A DNA stretch of 63,838 nucleotides, the filler included, from Basidiobolus ranarum (lineage: Eukaryota): the NCBI GenBank assembly GCA_040143965.1. It is 7 parts of 7 records of this genome, joined end to end, with 100 filler letters (N's around TTAATTAATTAA, not from the genome) between each part and the next. Parts side by side here need not be neighbours in the genome. Positions count along the whole stretch, not along the records: positions 18,294 to 27,332 come from JASJQH010000880.1; positions 27,433 to 36,464 come from JASJQH010000881.1; 5 more parts are not named here. One strand, written 5' to 3'. Every line of letters begins with the position of its first letter. Positions within the stretch are counted from its first letter, which is position 1. The translations under genes and the position numbers were made by a program. A model generated the notes under the pieces. The model made no database searches, was not told the origin of the DNA, and saw only the letters and a list, made by a program, of their open reading frames with translations. Positions 23,364-35,388 of the stretch are shown here, piece by piece.

Positions 23364-25937
23364 TTAGAATATATAATAATTTTGAGTCATAGGCAAATCA
23401 TCTGCAGGTGGACATGTGCAAAGAACATCATCGGCATACACTTCATATGTTTCTGGATCTACTCGAAGTTTCGGCAGAGTGTTATTAAGCTTCATATCCA
23501 ACTTGCTGATGTTACGACAGTTCTTCACCGCAACTGGTTTCTTGTTTAGATTGTATTTTTGAACTGTTCCTGAGTCAATACTCAGTTGACTGGTCAGGGT
23601 GATCGAACCGTAGCCAACTCCTTTTCCACGAGCTCCGTACATTTCTCGAGCAATCATGGGTTCGGGGGTTGGAATCGAACCATTAGCATCGCCAACAACT
23701 GCCCATGGTATGATACCACCCTTGATAATCAAATCTGGTTTTGTTCCAAAGTTCGCTGGGCTATACATCACAAGATCAGCCAACTTTCCTACTTCAATAG
23801 ATCCAATAATGTGCGCCGCTCCGTGTGCAATGGCAGGGTTGATAGTGAATTTGGCAACATATCTTTTAACTCTGAAATTATCATGTGTACAATCTTCTCC
23901 ATCTTCAGGTCCTTGAAGATGTCCTCTTTGGTCTTTCATCTTGTGTGCAGTTCTCCATGTTCTGGAAACAACCTCACCAACTCTACCCATAGCTTGAGCA
24001 TCTGAGGAGATAATACTAATGGCCCCCATGTCATGTAGAACATCTTCAGCTGCAATAGTCTCCGCACGGATACGTGACTCGGCAAATGCTACATCCTCTG
24101 GGATCTTTTTGTCTAGATGATGACACACCATCAACATATCCACATGCTCATCTAAAGTATTTGTCGTGTAAGGTCTTGTAGGATTGGTAGAGGATGGTAT
24201 GACACAAGGCTCTGCGCATACGCGAATAATATCTGGAGCGTGACCACCGCCAGCACCCTCTGAATGATATGTATGAATTGTACGGCCTTTGAATGCAGCA
24301 ATGGTGGTTTCCACAAAACCGGATTCATTCAAAGTATCTGTGTGAATAGTAGTTTGAACATCATATTCGTCACAAATACTGAGGCAGTTATCAATGGTGC
24401 ATGGTGTAGCGCCCCAATCCTCGTGAAGTTTTAGTCCAATGCAACCAGATTCAATCTGTTCTCGAAGAGCTTCTGGATCGGAACAATTACCTTTACCGGT
24501 AAAGCCAAAGTTCAATGGAATATCGTCAGTGGCAGCCATCATATATTCCATGTGGAATGCACCAGGTGTAACCGTTGTCGCATTAGTTCCAGTATTAGGA
24601 CCAGTTCCACCTCCGATGAGAGTGGTGATTCCACTACTCAAAGCCTCATAGCACATCTGTGGGCAAATGAAATGAACATGAGTATCGACTCCTCCAGCCA
24701 CAAAGACCTTCCCTTCACCAGCGAGTGCTTCAGTGGAGGCGCCTACAATCATTCCAGGAGTAACTCCTTCCATGACATCCGGGTTTCCAGCTTTACCAAT
24801 CCCAGCGATTAGTCCATCTTTTATTCCAATATCCGCTTTAACAATACCAGTGTAATCTACGATAACAGCATTGGTAATGACCAAATCTAAACAATCAGCA
24901 TCCAAAGTATGAGTAGATTGACCCATACCCTCTCGTAATACCTTACCACCGCCAAATACACACTCATCGCCGTATACAGTGTAATCCTTCTCAATTTCAA
25001 TAAAGAGGTTGGTATCACCGAGTCTAATGCGATCGCCAACGGTTGGGCCAAACATATCCTTATAAATAGAACGGGGAATAGTAAAGGGTGCAGGGGCAGG
25101 AAGGACTTCCTGATCAACGTGGCGGAATCCAAGTTGGTTGCATTTTTCCACTACCTCAGTAATTTTCTCTGGAGCGAAGACACCAGTGCCTATACCATTG
25201 CCTCCCGAAATATACTTTTTACCCGCAATTTCAACAAGTGCTACTGTCTTCATTTCTCCAGGCTCGAAGCGAACAGCGGTACCCGCAGTGATATCTAACC
25301 TATAACCATAGGCTAAGCCTCTGTCGAATGAAAGTTCAGAGTTTGTTTCGACGAAATGATAATGGGAGCCAACCTAAAGGAAAATAAATTATAAGATGAA
25401 TGGTTTGAATTTCTACAATTACTATTTACTCACTTGAATAGGTCTATCCCCCATATTAGTAACCCTAAGGGCAACTCTTTTTCTATCGGGGACCATGACG
25501 ATATTTTCGGGTCGAATAATCAGTGCACCAGGCAAATCCAAATCATCCACTGGTTCCGGCAGAGGAAAGGCATCAGCACTTGGAACGGGGAGGAAACTTC
25601 CGTACAAAGCCAATTCCAGATTTCCGTCATCTGTACAAATAGGCGATTGAATAGTGACCAGGAAAGTTCCCTCATTGAAAGTACCTTCCACTTGAACATC
25701 ATGTAAAGTGGCAAATACTGCGGGGAGGACGTGGCGACGACCTAATAGATGTCTTCCAATATCCATAAGCTCAGACACGGAATGATTTCCATCTCTGATG
25801 AATTCAAGTGTCTGTGAAGCTATGAGAGCGGTAGCTTCGGCATGGTTGAGTCTCACTCCTCGAGCCAAACGCTTTTGGGCGAGAGAACCGACGTGATGAA
25901 TGAGAAGTTTATCTTGTTCCCTATGGACAAGATTCAT
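23364..25937 (-). CDS. URE1: Urease, single-chain gamma-beta-alpha eukaryotic type (one intron 25374-25433)
   Basis: [71 protein letters not shown]. Confidence 0.97.
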
Positions 25938-27332
25938 TGTTGTTGAAGGCTACAGGAAGGTGTGAAGTACTATAGCAAACGAGAAAGCAAGGTAGGGAGC
26001 CCAATGTCGTCGGTAGCGAGCAATACAAGTTGTAAGTTATGTTGACTACCATCTAATCTTAATATATACTTTCTATGTGTTGTGGTGATACTAATCATAT
26101 GACTTGATCTAAGAGAATAAAAATACCTATTGAAGTAGCGAAATTTATCACGATATCAGGATATCAAGAAATAGGTACAGATTGAATCTGCTAAAATACC
26201 AATTTAGAATTAACTGATGAATATTATCTTAGGTGGATTAGATTGCTTCAGCTTTGGCCCAAGGCTCTTCAGAATCTATGAATGGCTTACATAGCGGTTT
26301 AAGCAACGCCAGCATCGAATATAATGTCACCACAAGGCCCACTGTTGAGGAACTGAAAAAAATAGCATGAGCAACGATAGATGTAGCATCATGAATTTAA
26401 GATCCATTCCTTCCGTCTGGTTGATAATCTGGCCTTACCAGCAAATAGACAAACTGAATGAATGCCTGTATGACTAAGTAGAAACTGGTTTACACTAAAA
26501 ATTCACACCAATCAACGCGCCTATTAAAAACAACCATCGAAGGCAATTTCCTGTATGATTGGTCTATGAATCCCATGACACAGAGATTCAAGGATAACGG
26601 CACAGATATCGATATACTGGTAGATGCTAGTTCAGGTACGCAAGTGAACTCATTCAGGCCACAAGCACTACAAATTTTTGGTAATGGGAAGAGTTTATCA
26701 GCAAATACAGGATTTTGTAGACGAATATAGCGAGGTATTGCTTCTTTTATGGTACAACAAAGCCACAAATCAGTCTGTCCAAACGGTAAATCTAAACGGA
26801 TCGATCTGGTACTCGCTTGCATTGACAAACATCAACATGTTCTTACTAAGGATCAAAATCGATGACGTTTCTCCGAGGTAAGTGAAAATTACAGCATTAG
26901 GAAAGCACCTCCTAAAACTCACTCTACCCTTTCCCTTTGTATTGTCCAACCTTCAATTACTTCGTCAACTAACGGCTGCGTTTATCAGGTCATCGCGAAT
27001 ATACTGGAACATTTTGTATCCTGTTTACCCACGAGCTGCATGTTGTGTTCAGCTCTTCATGGTGTTCTTCAGATACATTTCACGTAGCATGATCAAATGT
27101 AACTTTACCTAACTGTATCTTGTGAATGTGTTTTTGTTCTGGGCTGACTGGTGGATAACCAATAGTAGGGTTAGCCAATGGTCGGTGATCCAAGTTGAAT
27201 ATTTGGGTTGATTTATTCAGATATCCTCTTGTGCCTCAAAGCACATATTAGTTCCATCTAAGCTGCGGTTTTGATTCTTAATTGGAAAGAACCCTTTCCA
27301 CAAATTTGGACTCCCTCTGGATTACTACCACA

Positions 27333-27432
27333 NNNNNNNNNNNNNNNNNNNNNNNNNNNNNNNNNNNNNNNNNNNNTTAATTAATTAANNNNNNNNNNNN
27401 NNNNNNNNNNNNNNNNNNNNNNNNNNNNNNNN
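27333..27432. other. Artificial contig-join spacer
   Basis: N44-TTAATTAATTAA-N44. Confidence 0.97.
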
Positions 27433-27614
27433 TAAGTTATTTTTAAGCATTTAGAGTACCATTCTAGGGTGCCTTAGATGCATGAATCTGCAGGGTAAGA
27501 AGCGACACCGAATTCATAGGTTGCTGAGTTTTATCTAGTCAAGCATCTTATTGTGGCATGCATTGATATCAGACTTGATAATGTGAATTGCCTGCGCGTG
27601 AACCACGATATCCT
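27433..27614 (+). repeat. 182-bp direct duplicate of 33385-33566 (3' end of the secreted Cys-repeat gene plus downstream DNA)
   Basis: Identical except for two substitutions; similarity stops abruptly after GATATCCT and runs leftward into the contig edge. Confidence 0.93.
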
Positions 27615-27843
27615 TGTATAACAATTCCGTAATTAGATCAAGTTAAAATTACTATAATCGTATTGATGAATTTAGATAAACGTTACTCCCGATTTGAAAA
27701 TATTTATTTATATCTTTAAAGAAAAATTTTCTTCCTCATAATATCTCAAATAATTAGACGTAGTTTTGAAAGGAAGTAGTAAGAGTTCGAAGCTAAATTT
27801 ACAGTGGACATTATTCATTAAGGGTAACTAAGAATCCAATTGT

Positions 27844-30359
27844 TTAGTTGTTAGCTTCAGACATTTTGTTCAAAGCAGAACCGGCCTTGAACCATTCAAT
27901 TTGATTCTCATTGAATGTGTGATTTACTGGGATTTCAAGGGATTCACCGTTATCACGTTGAATACGGAGTGCCAAAGGCTTACCAGGAGTGAAAGTGGTA
28001 AGACCAACAATAGACACCTTATCGGAAGGTTGGATTTTTTCATAGTCAGCAGGATTAGCGAAAGTCAAAGGAAGAACACCTTGCTTCTTCAAGTTGGTTT
28101 CGTGGATACGTGCGAAGGACTTGACAATAACAGCAATACCACCTAAATGACGAACCTCAAGAGCAGCGTGCTCACGGGATGAACCTTCACCGTAGTTTTC
28201 GTCACCAACTACAACCCAGTTGATTCCCTTAGCCTTGTAGTCTCTGGCAACGGCTGGGACGGCACCGAATTCGGTGGTCAATCTATTTTTAATATTGTTA
28301 ACTTCACCGTTTTCGGAGTTAACAGCACCAATCAACATATTGTTAGAGATGTTGTCCAAGTGACCACGGTACTTGAGCCAAGGACCAGCCATAGAAATGT
28401 GATCAGTGGTACACTTGCCCTTAACCTTGATCAACACTGGGAGGTTTTCGGCATCTTTGCCATCCCACTTGGTAAAGGGATCAAGAAGTTGCAATCTGTT
28501 GCTCTCAGGTGATACCTTAACTTCAACACCTGAACGATCCTCAGGGGGAGCTTGATAGGTATTTTCACCAGCATCATAACCGCGAGGAGGAAGTTCAGCA
28601 CCATGAGGAGGAGTGAACTTGAACTTTTTACCGTCAGCACCAGTAAGCTCATCGGTCAAAGGATTGAAGCGAAGATCACCAGCGAATGCCATGGCAGTGA
28701 CAAGCTCAGGAGAAGCGACGAAAGCATGAGTGGCAGGGTTGCCGTCGTTACGTCCGGTGAAGTTTCTGTTGTAAGAGGTGATGATAGAGTTTTTGTCACC
28801 TTTCTTGACATCCTGACGATCCCATTGACCAATGCAAGGACCACAGGCGTTGGCAAGAACGACACCACCGGCTTTATCAAACACATCAATTTGTCCATCA
28901 CGAGCAATGGTAGCACGGATTTGTTCAGATCCTGGGGTAATAGTGAATTGAGATTTTACCTTAAGACCATGATCGAGTGCTTCTTGAGCAAGAGAAGCGG
29001 AACGGGACATATCCTCATATGAGGAGTTAGTGCAAGAACCAATAAGACCAACCTTTAAATCAGTGGGCCAGTTGTTCTTCTCTACGGCTTCCTTGAATTT
29101 GCTCAAAGGAGTGGCAAGATCTGGAGTGAAAGGACCGTTGATATGAGGTTCAAGTTCAGACAAATTGATTTCGATCACTTGATCATACTTGGCTCCCTCA
29201 TCAGCGCGAAGGTTGTGTGCAAACTCTTCGGATGATTTGGCGATATGTGGACGGCTGGTAGCACGAAGATAGTCACCCATACGTTTGTTGAAGGGGAAGA
29301 CTGAAGTAGTGGCACCAATTTCGGCACCCATGTTACAAATGGTAGCCATACCAGTGCAAGATAAGCTCTCAACACCTGAGCCGAAATATTCGACGATAGC
29401 ACCAGTACCACCCTTGACAGTTAAAATGCCAGCAACCTTAAGAATAACATCCTTGGCAGAGGTCCAACCACTAATTTGACCTGTCAATTTCACACCAATA
29501 ACCTTGGGGCACTTGAGTTCCCAAGGAATATCAGCCATAACATCAACAGCGTCGGCACCTCCTACACCAATAGCGCACATACCTAATCCACCACCATTGG
29601 GAGTATGAGAATCGGTACCAATCATAAGACCACCAGGGAAAGCATAATTTTCAAGAATGATCTGATGAATAATTCCAGATCCTGGCTTCCAGAAACCGAG
29701 ACCATATTTGGCAGTAGCAGTAGCAAGGAAATCGTAAACTTCCTTGTTAATGTCTTTAGCTCTAGCCAAATCCTTGGGGCCACCTAATTGCGCTTCAATC
29801 AAATGGTCACAGTGAACAGTGGATGGAACGGCAACAGTAGGCAGACCAGCGGACATGAATTGCAAAAGTGCCATTTGGGCGGTAGCATCTTGACAAGCAA
29901 CACGATCGGGTCTGAGCTTCAAATAGGAAGATCCGCGTTCAATATCTTGGTTCTTGGCGTCATCCAAGTGACCATAAATAATCTTTTCGGCAAGAGTGAG
30001 AGGATGGTTCAAGCTAAGATAATTCATGAAATGTTTTGTGAGTGGAGACCCCAAATAAACGAAAAATCAAATACCTACCGGTTTCTAATGATTGCCAAGT
30101 TATCCTCGATTCTTTGGTAGTTGATGTACTTCTCCTTCTCCAAGTTAGAAATGGATACTTTCTGAGGTGCAATCCCACCAACAGAAGTAGCAAGACCTCT
30201 GGAGGAAATGGCTTGGCGTACTGAAGGAGTAAAGCTCTGGTAAAAAAAGAGAAGGATATGTTAGCTCCATTATGTAGATAAAACTAGGTATTAACAAATA
30301 GAAGGCTCTGGGTCAAATGAACATACTTTAGCAGCACGACTGAAAGTAGATAACACCAT
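27844..30359 (-). CDS. ACO1: Mitochondrial aconitate hydratase (3 exons)
   Basis: Presequence [77 protein letters not shown]; strong codon bias. Confidence 0.97.
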
Positions 30360-32320
30360 TTTGGATTGGTGACGGAGCAAAGGGAAAGAGGATGTGGAGA
30401 ATGGATGTGGGGTTAGCCTTTTTGTATGTTTTTCGGTTCGGGATCAAGCCACCAATCACTTTGGATTGGAAGAAATTTTCAATGCATTCCACCAGCAGAG
30501 TCATTGGGATACAACACCTTACCATACATATAGCATTCATACCAGGTATAAATGGTATATATACTTTGAATAATAGGGATTAATACAAAACGAGCTATCT
30601 TGTCATTAAGTAACTAGGTGTCCAGGTGTCAGTGTAGTAAATCTGGATCATCTTCGATATATTTAAACAATTTGATCAGTATAGCCGTAGTTGTTCATCC
30701 GTCGGGTTCACTGAAAGGTTTACGGAGTCAACCATGAACCATTATGTAGCTTCCCGTTTTGATAGATCATCAACAATCATCCGACTACGTCTTGTACATC
30801 CCGAAACCTCATAATCCTTAAATTTTTCCTATGAGGACCGAAATTAGGGATGCTGCACAGCAATTTTGGTTCGGATCCGTAGGAATCCTTTTCCCAGGAG
30901 ATCGAGGCATGAATCCACATCAGTAATCTTATGTGGGGAAGAGTAATGAGCGCGGATCTTGTTGAATTCTTGAGGAATTTCAACGCTCCGGAGAATCCTA
31001 TAAGTTGTCTTTGGTGAGTTCAGGATCGAATATTAGCTGCAGTCGTCGCAACAGCCCAAAGGTCATTATAGCCAACAGCAAAGTAAGCACGTGAGATGAT
31101 GACAAAGTATAAATCTCCATACATTAGTTTGCTAAAGATCCGGAATCGACAGGGGTTCAGTAACAAACGATTTAGCAACCCTCCGATTATGGGTTTGTGC
31201 TACGAGTGGTTTTCCAATCGGTAGCTAGAGACCATATGGAACGAAGTGTATGTCTATTTGTGTAATAGAGTCTTGTCGAACGATGTGCTCATTATTCAAG
31301 CAACCTGTTTAGTGAGCTTGATATTCAAACCCTGTATGCTCAGTCCTTCACCAGATGATCCGTGTCAACTGAGAATAAGTGAATTCAGTATCCGCTCCTG
31401 TGAACAAAACAATGAGCATCAGCTCATAATGTCCCCAAAATACGTTCAATTTCCCCATAGGATTATCCAAGGGTTCGGAGCTGTTGTCGTTCGTAATATC
31501 GCGGGGCAGAATGTCAGCACGTAACTAGAATGCTTCCTGGTCTGCTGATTGTGGTCACGTTCATTTAATAACAGCGCATTTGATATTCACATGCACAAAA
31601 GGAATAAATTGTACAAGCTAAAATGAGCATGAACTCTGCCAGCCTGATCTCGCCAAATGCTTGCACGATCGTGTAAACAGGTAGGAGGTATTCCTAGGGT
31701 AGTAAATCGGTTTCTCACCTAAAACTCAGTACGGTCGGAATCCGAATCAAAATTCTTCTTGAAATGGTACAAAACTGGGGCTCGATGCCGAGTTTCCTTA
31801 CTAGGAATTATGCTGTCTAACCCAAATTTGTAATCTCACAAACTGATTTCTCACCTCAGTTGCTAGAGCGGTTCGGCTAATATGTGATCAGGAATGGACA
31901 CTATCTTAGTTACCTTTTATAGGCTATATTGTCAATAGTTGAAGACAAGATCCGCCACCATGTCCATGTCTGAGGCATTGAATCAAACTGAATGTAATGG
32001 ATAATAAACATTAGAGTCGTATCATGGGTGTGAATCGCTCAGATGAATTTCCACCGATACAGCAGTTTCGGATAAAATATTGTCAGCTCACATTAACCTG
32101 CGATGGCGCCCCAGATCATTGCCGATGAGCTGAATTTTCTCGCGTGTATGATTTGTTTGACGCTTCATAGATTTGCCATTCATCTTAATGTGATCCGCCG
32201 CAACCATTCAAAATCGTGATCATCAGCAGCACTCGGCGCTAGCCGATTCTGTCACATGATAGAAGCATGCTAGTGAACTAAAATTGAACATTCCATAATT
32301 TGTCATCAGAATCGATTTAG

Positions 32321-33034
32321 GTACTGAAACTCCTCTTCTAAAGCAAGAGACTTTGACTTTGCGCCACCGCCACCCTTCTTCTTGGTATTGTGGTTTTACT
32401 TTAACACCAACATACCTACACCATCTGTATACATCATACCTCTAAACTTCATTGACTTGCTTTTTCCTTGTGGTTTCCTTGTCTTTGATGTGAGGTCAAT
32501 AACAGTTCCCCATACTATTTCTTTATCCAAGTGGCTGGTGATAGAATTTTCCAAGATTCAAGTATTTAAAATATACATGTCAATTACCATGTAGGATAGT
32601 ATGAGGCTTTTTCTTAACGGAAAACAGTTGAATGGCTTGTTTTGGAGAGCTTTGTACATGCTTGACAGTCTCGCATACGCCTTTATATGCTTGAAAGGGT
32701 TGTTTTTGCACTGAAAGTACTTATTCCGATACTTGGGTATTAGATCTTTGGAGGCTCTTGATTCTGTTAAAGCTTTCTGTTTGCCTGGCTTGTAGTTATT
32801 GAGGAGTGACAAAAAGACTTCTTTAAAACAGCCAATATTAATGCAAGCCTCCAAAAGAAACTCAGGATCAGCTTCCAGTTCATGGGTAAAGATGTACTTC
32901 AAAAAGGAAAACGTATGAGACACAAAAGTATGAACGTTAGCTATAAGTGACATGAGTAGTGGAACGGATTGTGGCTTCTAACCAATACCAGCAAGTGAGC
33001 TTTTGACTGCTACAATCGCTAGAGGTGGTTCCAT
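32321..33034 (-). pseudogene. Decayed Fanzor (eukaryotic TnpB/Cas12-like) gene: N-terminal and pre-RuvC parts only
   Basis: Reading through a frameshift and stops (32978, 32558, 32396) gives GIG*KP...VHTFVSHTFSFLKYIFTHEL...FKEVFLSL...CKNNPFKHIKAYARL...FNCFPLRKSLILSYMVID...KFRGMMYTDGVG...KKKGG...EEEFQY, which matches motifs I recall from Mucoromycota Fanzor1 proteins just before RuvC-I. No search was run. Confidence 0.72.
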
Positions 33035-33063
33035 AAAGAGAAAAAGTGAATTGCCCTCTCTTT

Positions 33064-33371
33064 TAGTTTACGGATAGAAAGGTTTGCTAAGCATATACTC
33101 TCAAAAAATATCTGATGAGTTACAGCAATGAATCACACAATTTGTCTACAGTTGTTTTGTTCACTTATCTCATAGTTGTCTTATTACATTTGCTTAGGTA
33201 AGTGGCTTAGTTCAGCTGGATTTGGTGGATTTGACAGATTCATTTGTGACAAGGTTCAAGGTTAGTGGCTTAGGCATGAGAACGAATGCTAACATGAGAG
33301 TGTAGTTTACAGATAGAAGAGTATGCTAAGCATATACTCTCAAAAAAACTGATGAGTTACAGCAATGAATC
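33064..33371. repeat. Two ~70-bp direct repeats with a hairpin, upstream of the Fanzor relic
   Basis: 33064-33134 and 33303-33371 share TAGTTTAC.GATAGAA...TGCTAAGCATATACTCTCAAAAAA...CTGATGAGTTACAGCAATGAATC; copy 2 folds as GAGTATGC-TAA-GCAT(AT)ACTC. Confidence 0.8.
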
Positions 33372-33486
33372 TATTGACCAAGTCTAAGTTATTTTTAAGC
33401 ATTTAGAGTACCATTCTAGGGTGCCTTAGATGCATGAATCTGCAGGGTAAGAAGCGACACCGAATTCATAGGTTGCTGAGTTTTAT

Positions 33487-34557
33487 CTAGTCAAGTATCT
33501 TATTGTGGCATGCATTGATATCAGACTTGATAATGTGAATTGCCTGCGCGTGAGCCACGATATCCTGGCATTCCATTGTATCTATATCATCTTTGGTTAA
33601 TCCGCTATCGATTTTAAGTGTGGAGCACACGACATCATCCACGTCAATACCGAAGACACGAAGCCTAGTGTTTATAACTTGACATTCTGAATACTTTGTT
33701 CGCTCTGGTTTTCGAATGCTATTGGAGGCCAACGAGTTTCTTTGGCAAATGTTCGTCTCATTTTTAAGAATTCTAAGAGCTTTAGCATGAGCTACGATCT
33801 CATCACATGTCATTTTATTAATGACTTCTCTGGAAGGCCCGCTCACTATTTTTATATCAAGACAGGCTTTCATGTCTGCTTTATAGCCCAGATCGTGTAG
33901 CCTTGAGGCGATATTAGGACAAACGCTATCGCCATCTTCTTTCTCAAGAAGGCCTAGCTTACGGTTAAGAAATGGGTTTTGGTTATCACTTATTCCAACG
34001 ACAACACCACGACAGATACTGCTGCTTAACTTTAGCCCCATCTTCTGAGCCAATTTTACCAGGTCGTGGCAGGTTAGGTTAGAGATATTTGCGTCATTTA
34101 TGATGTTGTTGAGAACGTCTTTTGGCTTCTGGTTAGTTGTGATTTTAGAGCAAACTAGTGGATCGATTCTAGCATGGAAGGGTTTAAGCCTTTCAATTAG
34201 TTCATTACAGTGACCTTCATATTTGCGGACGATATCCTCAAGACTCTGGCCATTGACTACGTCGGTTGAGCAAATACCAGCATCCGTCTGGATACCTCGT
34301 TCCTTTACTCGAGCAACAAGCTCATGGCACTGGAGCCCTGTTGGATTCACAGATTTAGTGCTTGCATTGATTATTTCGAGAATATCAGCACACTTCTCAG
34401 GGAGAATGTTTGCTTTATATCGGGCATTTAGTTGGGACACCATTTCTTGACAGTATTTTATCTCAGTCGAGAGAGTGTATCCTCTCTCCACCACGTAACC
34501 TGAAGCAAGGATAGTATTAGAGATGATTAAGAGGAGGTTATTAGCGGTTAGGTGCAT
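33487..34557 (-). CDS. Putative secreted protein with eight Cys-x18/19-Cys repeats, family unknown
   Basis: Intronless 356-aa ORF with a short hydrophobic N-terminus, 16 regularly paired Cys, and an upstream TATA-like TTATAA. Confidence 0.8.
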   Translation of the reverse strand: MHLTANNLLLIISNTILASGYVVERGYTLSTEIKYCQEMVSQLNARYKANILPEKCADILEIINASTKSVNPTGLQCHELVARVKERGIQTDAGICSTDVVNGQSLEDIVRKYEGHCNELIERLKPFHARIDPLVCSKITTNQKPKDVLNNIINDANISNLTCHDLVKLAQKMGLKLSSSICRGVVVGISDNQNPFLNRKLGLLEKEDGDSVCPNIASRLHDLGYKADMKACLDIKIVSGPSREVINKMTCDEIVAHAKALRILKNETNICQRNSLASNSIRKPERTKYSECQVINTRLRVFGIDVDDVVCSTLKIDSGLTKDDIDTMECQDIVAHAQAIHIIKSDINACHNKILD

Positions 34558-35388
34558 GCTTGCGGTCGGTCTTGTGGAGAAGAGAAGTTACTGGTGTGAC
34601 ATATGGTTGGAATGGGCTTATAAGCTTTCATTAAAATGAGTTGATCTAACCAAACTCCTCTAAAAGCTTGCATCCATTATCTTTAATCACCGATGCAAGT
34701 CTAATTGTACTCTTATTGTGGAGCAACCGTGTAATAATCATTCCATTGGAGTAAAGTCAACTCCACAGCTGCAATGATTCATTTTGTACTAGCATCATTG
34801 TTATCTTGCAGTACTCCTGCTTGAATTAATGATTAGCCATCCACTGCATACTTGCGTATTTTATCTTCGCGCATTAATGCTGATTTATTTCAAGAGCATT
34901 CATCGTGTCATCTCCGAGAGCATGGCATCATGGCCTGTCTACATAATGGCCCAGGAAGGTAGTGCAGACTAAATGGGAAGCAAAGTTAGACATTGCCAGC
35001 AAGCGCTTATAGGAAACTGATTGATTGGAAAATCCTATATCATGGTTACCATATTTGTAAATGGATGACTAAATTTGCAGTCAGAAACTAAGCTGAATAT
35101 GGCTTCCTCATTTCACATGCAACAATTGGGATGCCGAGGAGTTCACTCATTGATAGTTGCGATTAGCCATGTTTGCATCTTTTTTTTTCTCGTTCAATAG
35201 GGATAAAAAAACGATCTACGATGGCCTGATTGATTGAGGAATTCTCGCTAGTATTTCCATCAGTTCCTTATCCCCCTCCCATTCACCTTGGACTTTTTCA
35301 ATCAGATTCATCTTATTGATTTACACAATTTGATATTTATATCATTCTGACGAATTCCTTTAATTGTCCATTATCAAAATACTTTGGC

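Noticed and set aside
26490-27332. Possible gene upstream of urease (112-aa ORF and fragments)
   Set aside because: Stops in all frames and no recognisable motif; not a urease accessory gene as far as I can see.
23586-30224. Many antisense or alternate-frame ORFs over urease and aconitase (also over the subtilisin, TAF7, calmodulin-like and 53912-54532)
   Set aside because: Shadow ORFs caused by codon bias or low complexity of the real gene; no motifs of their own.
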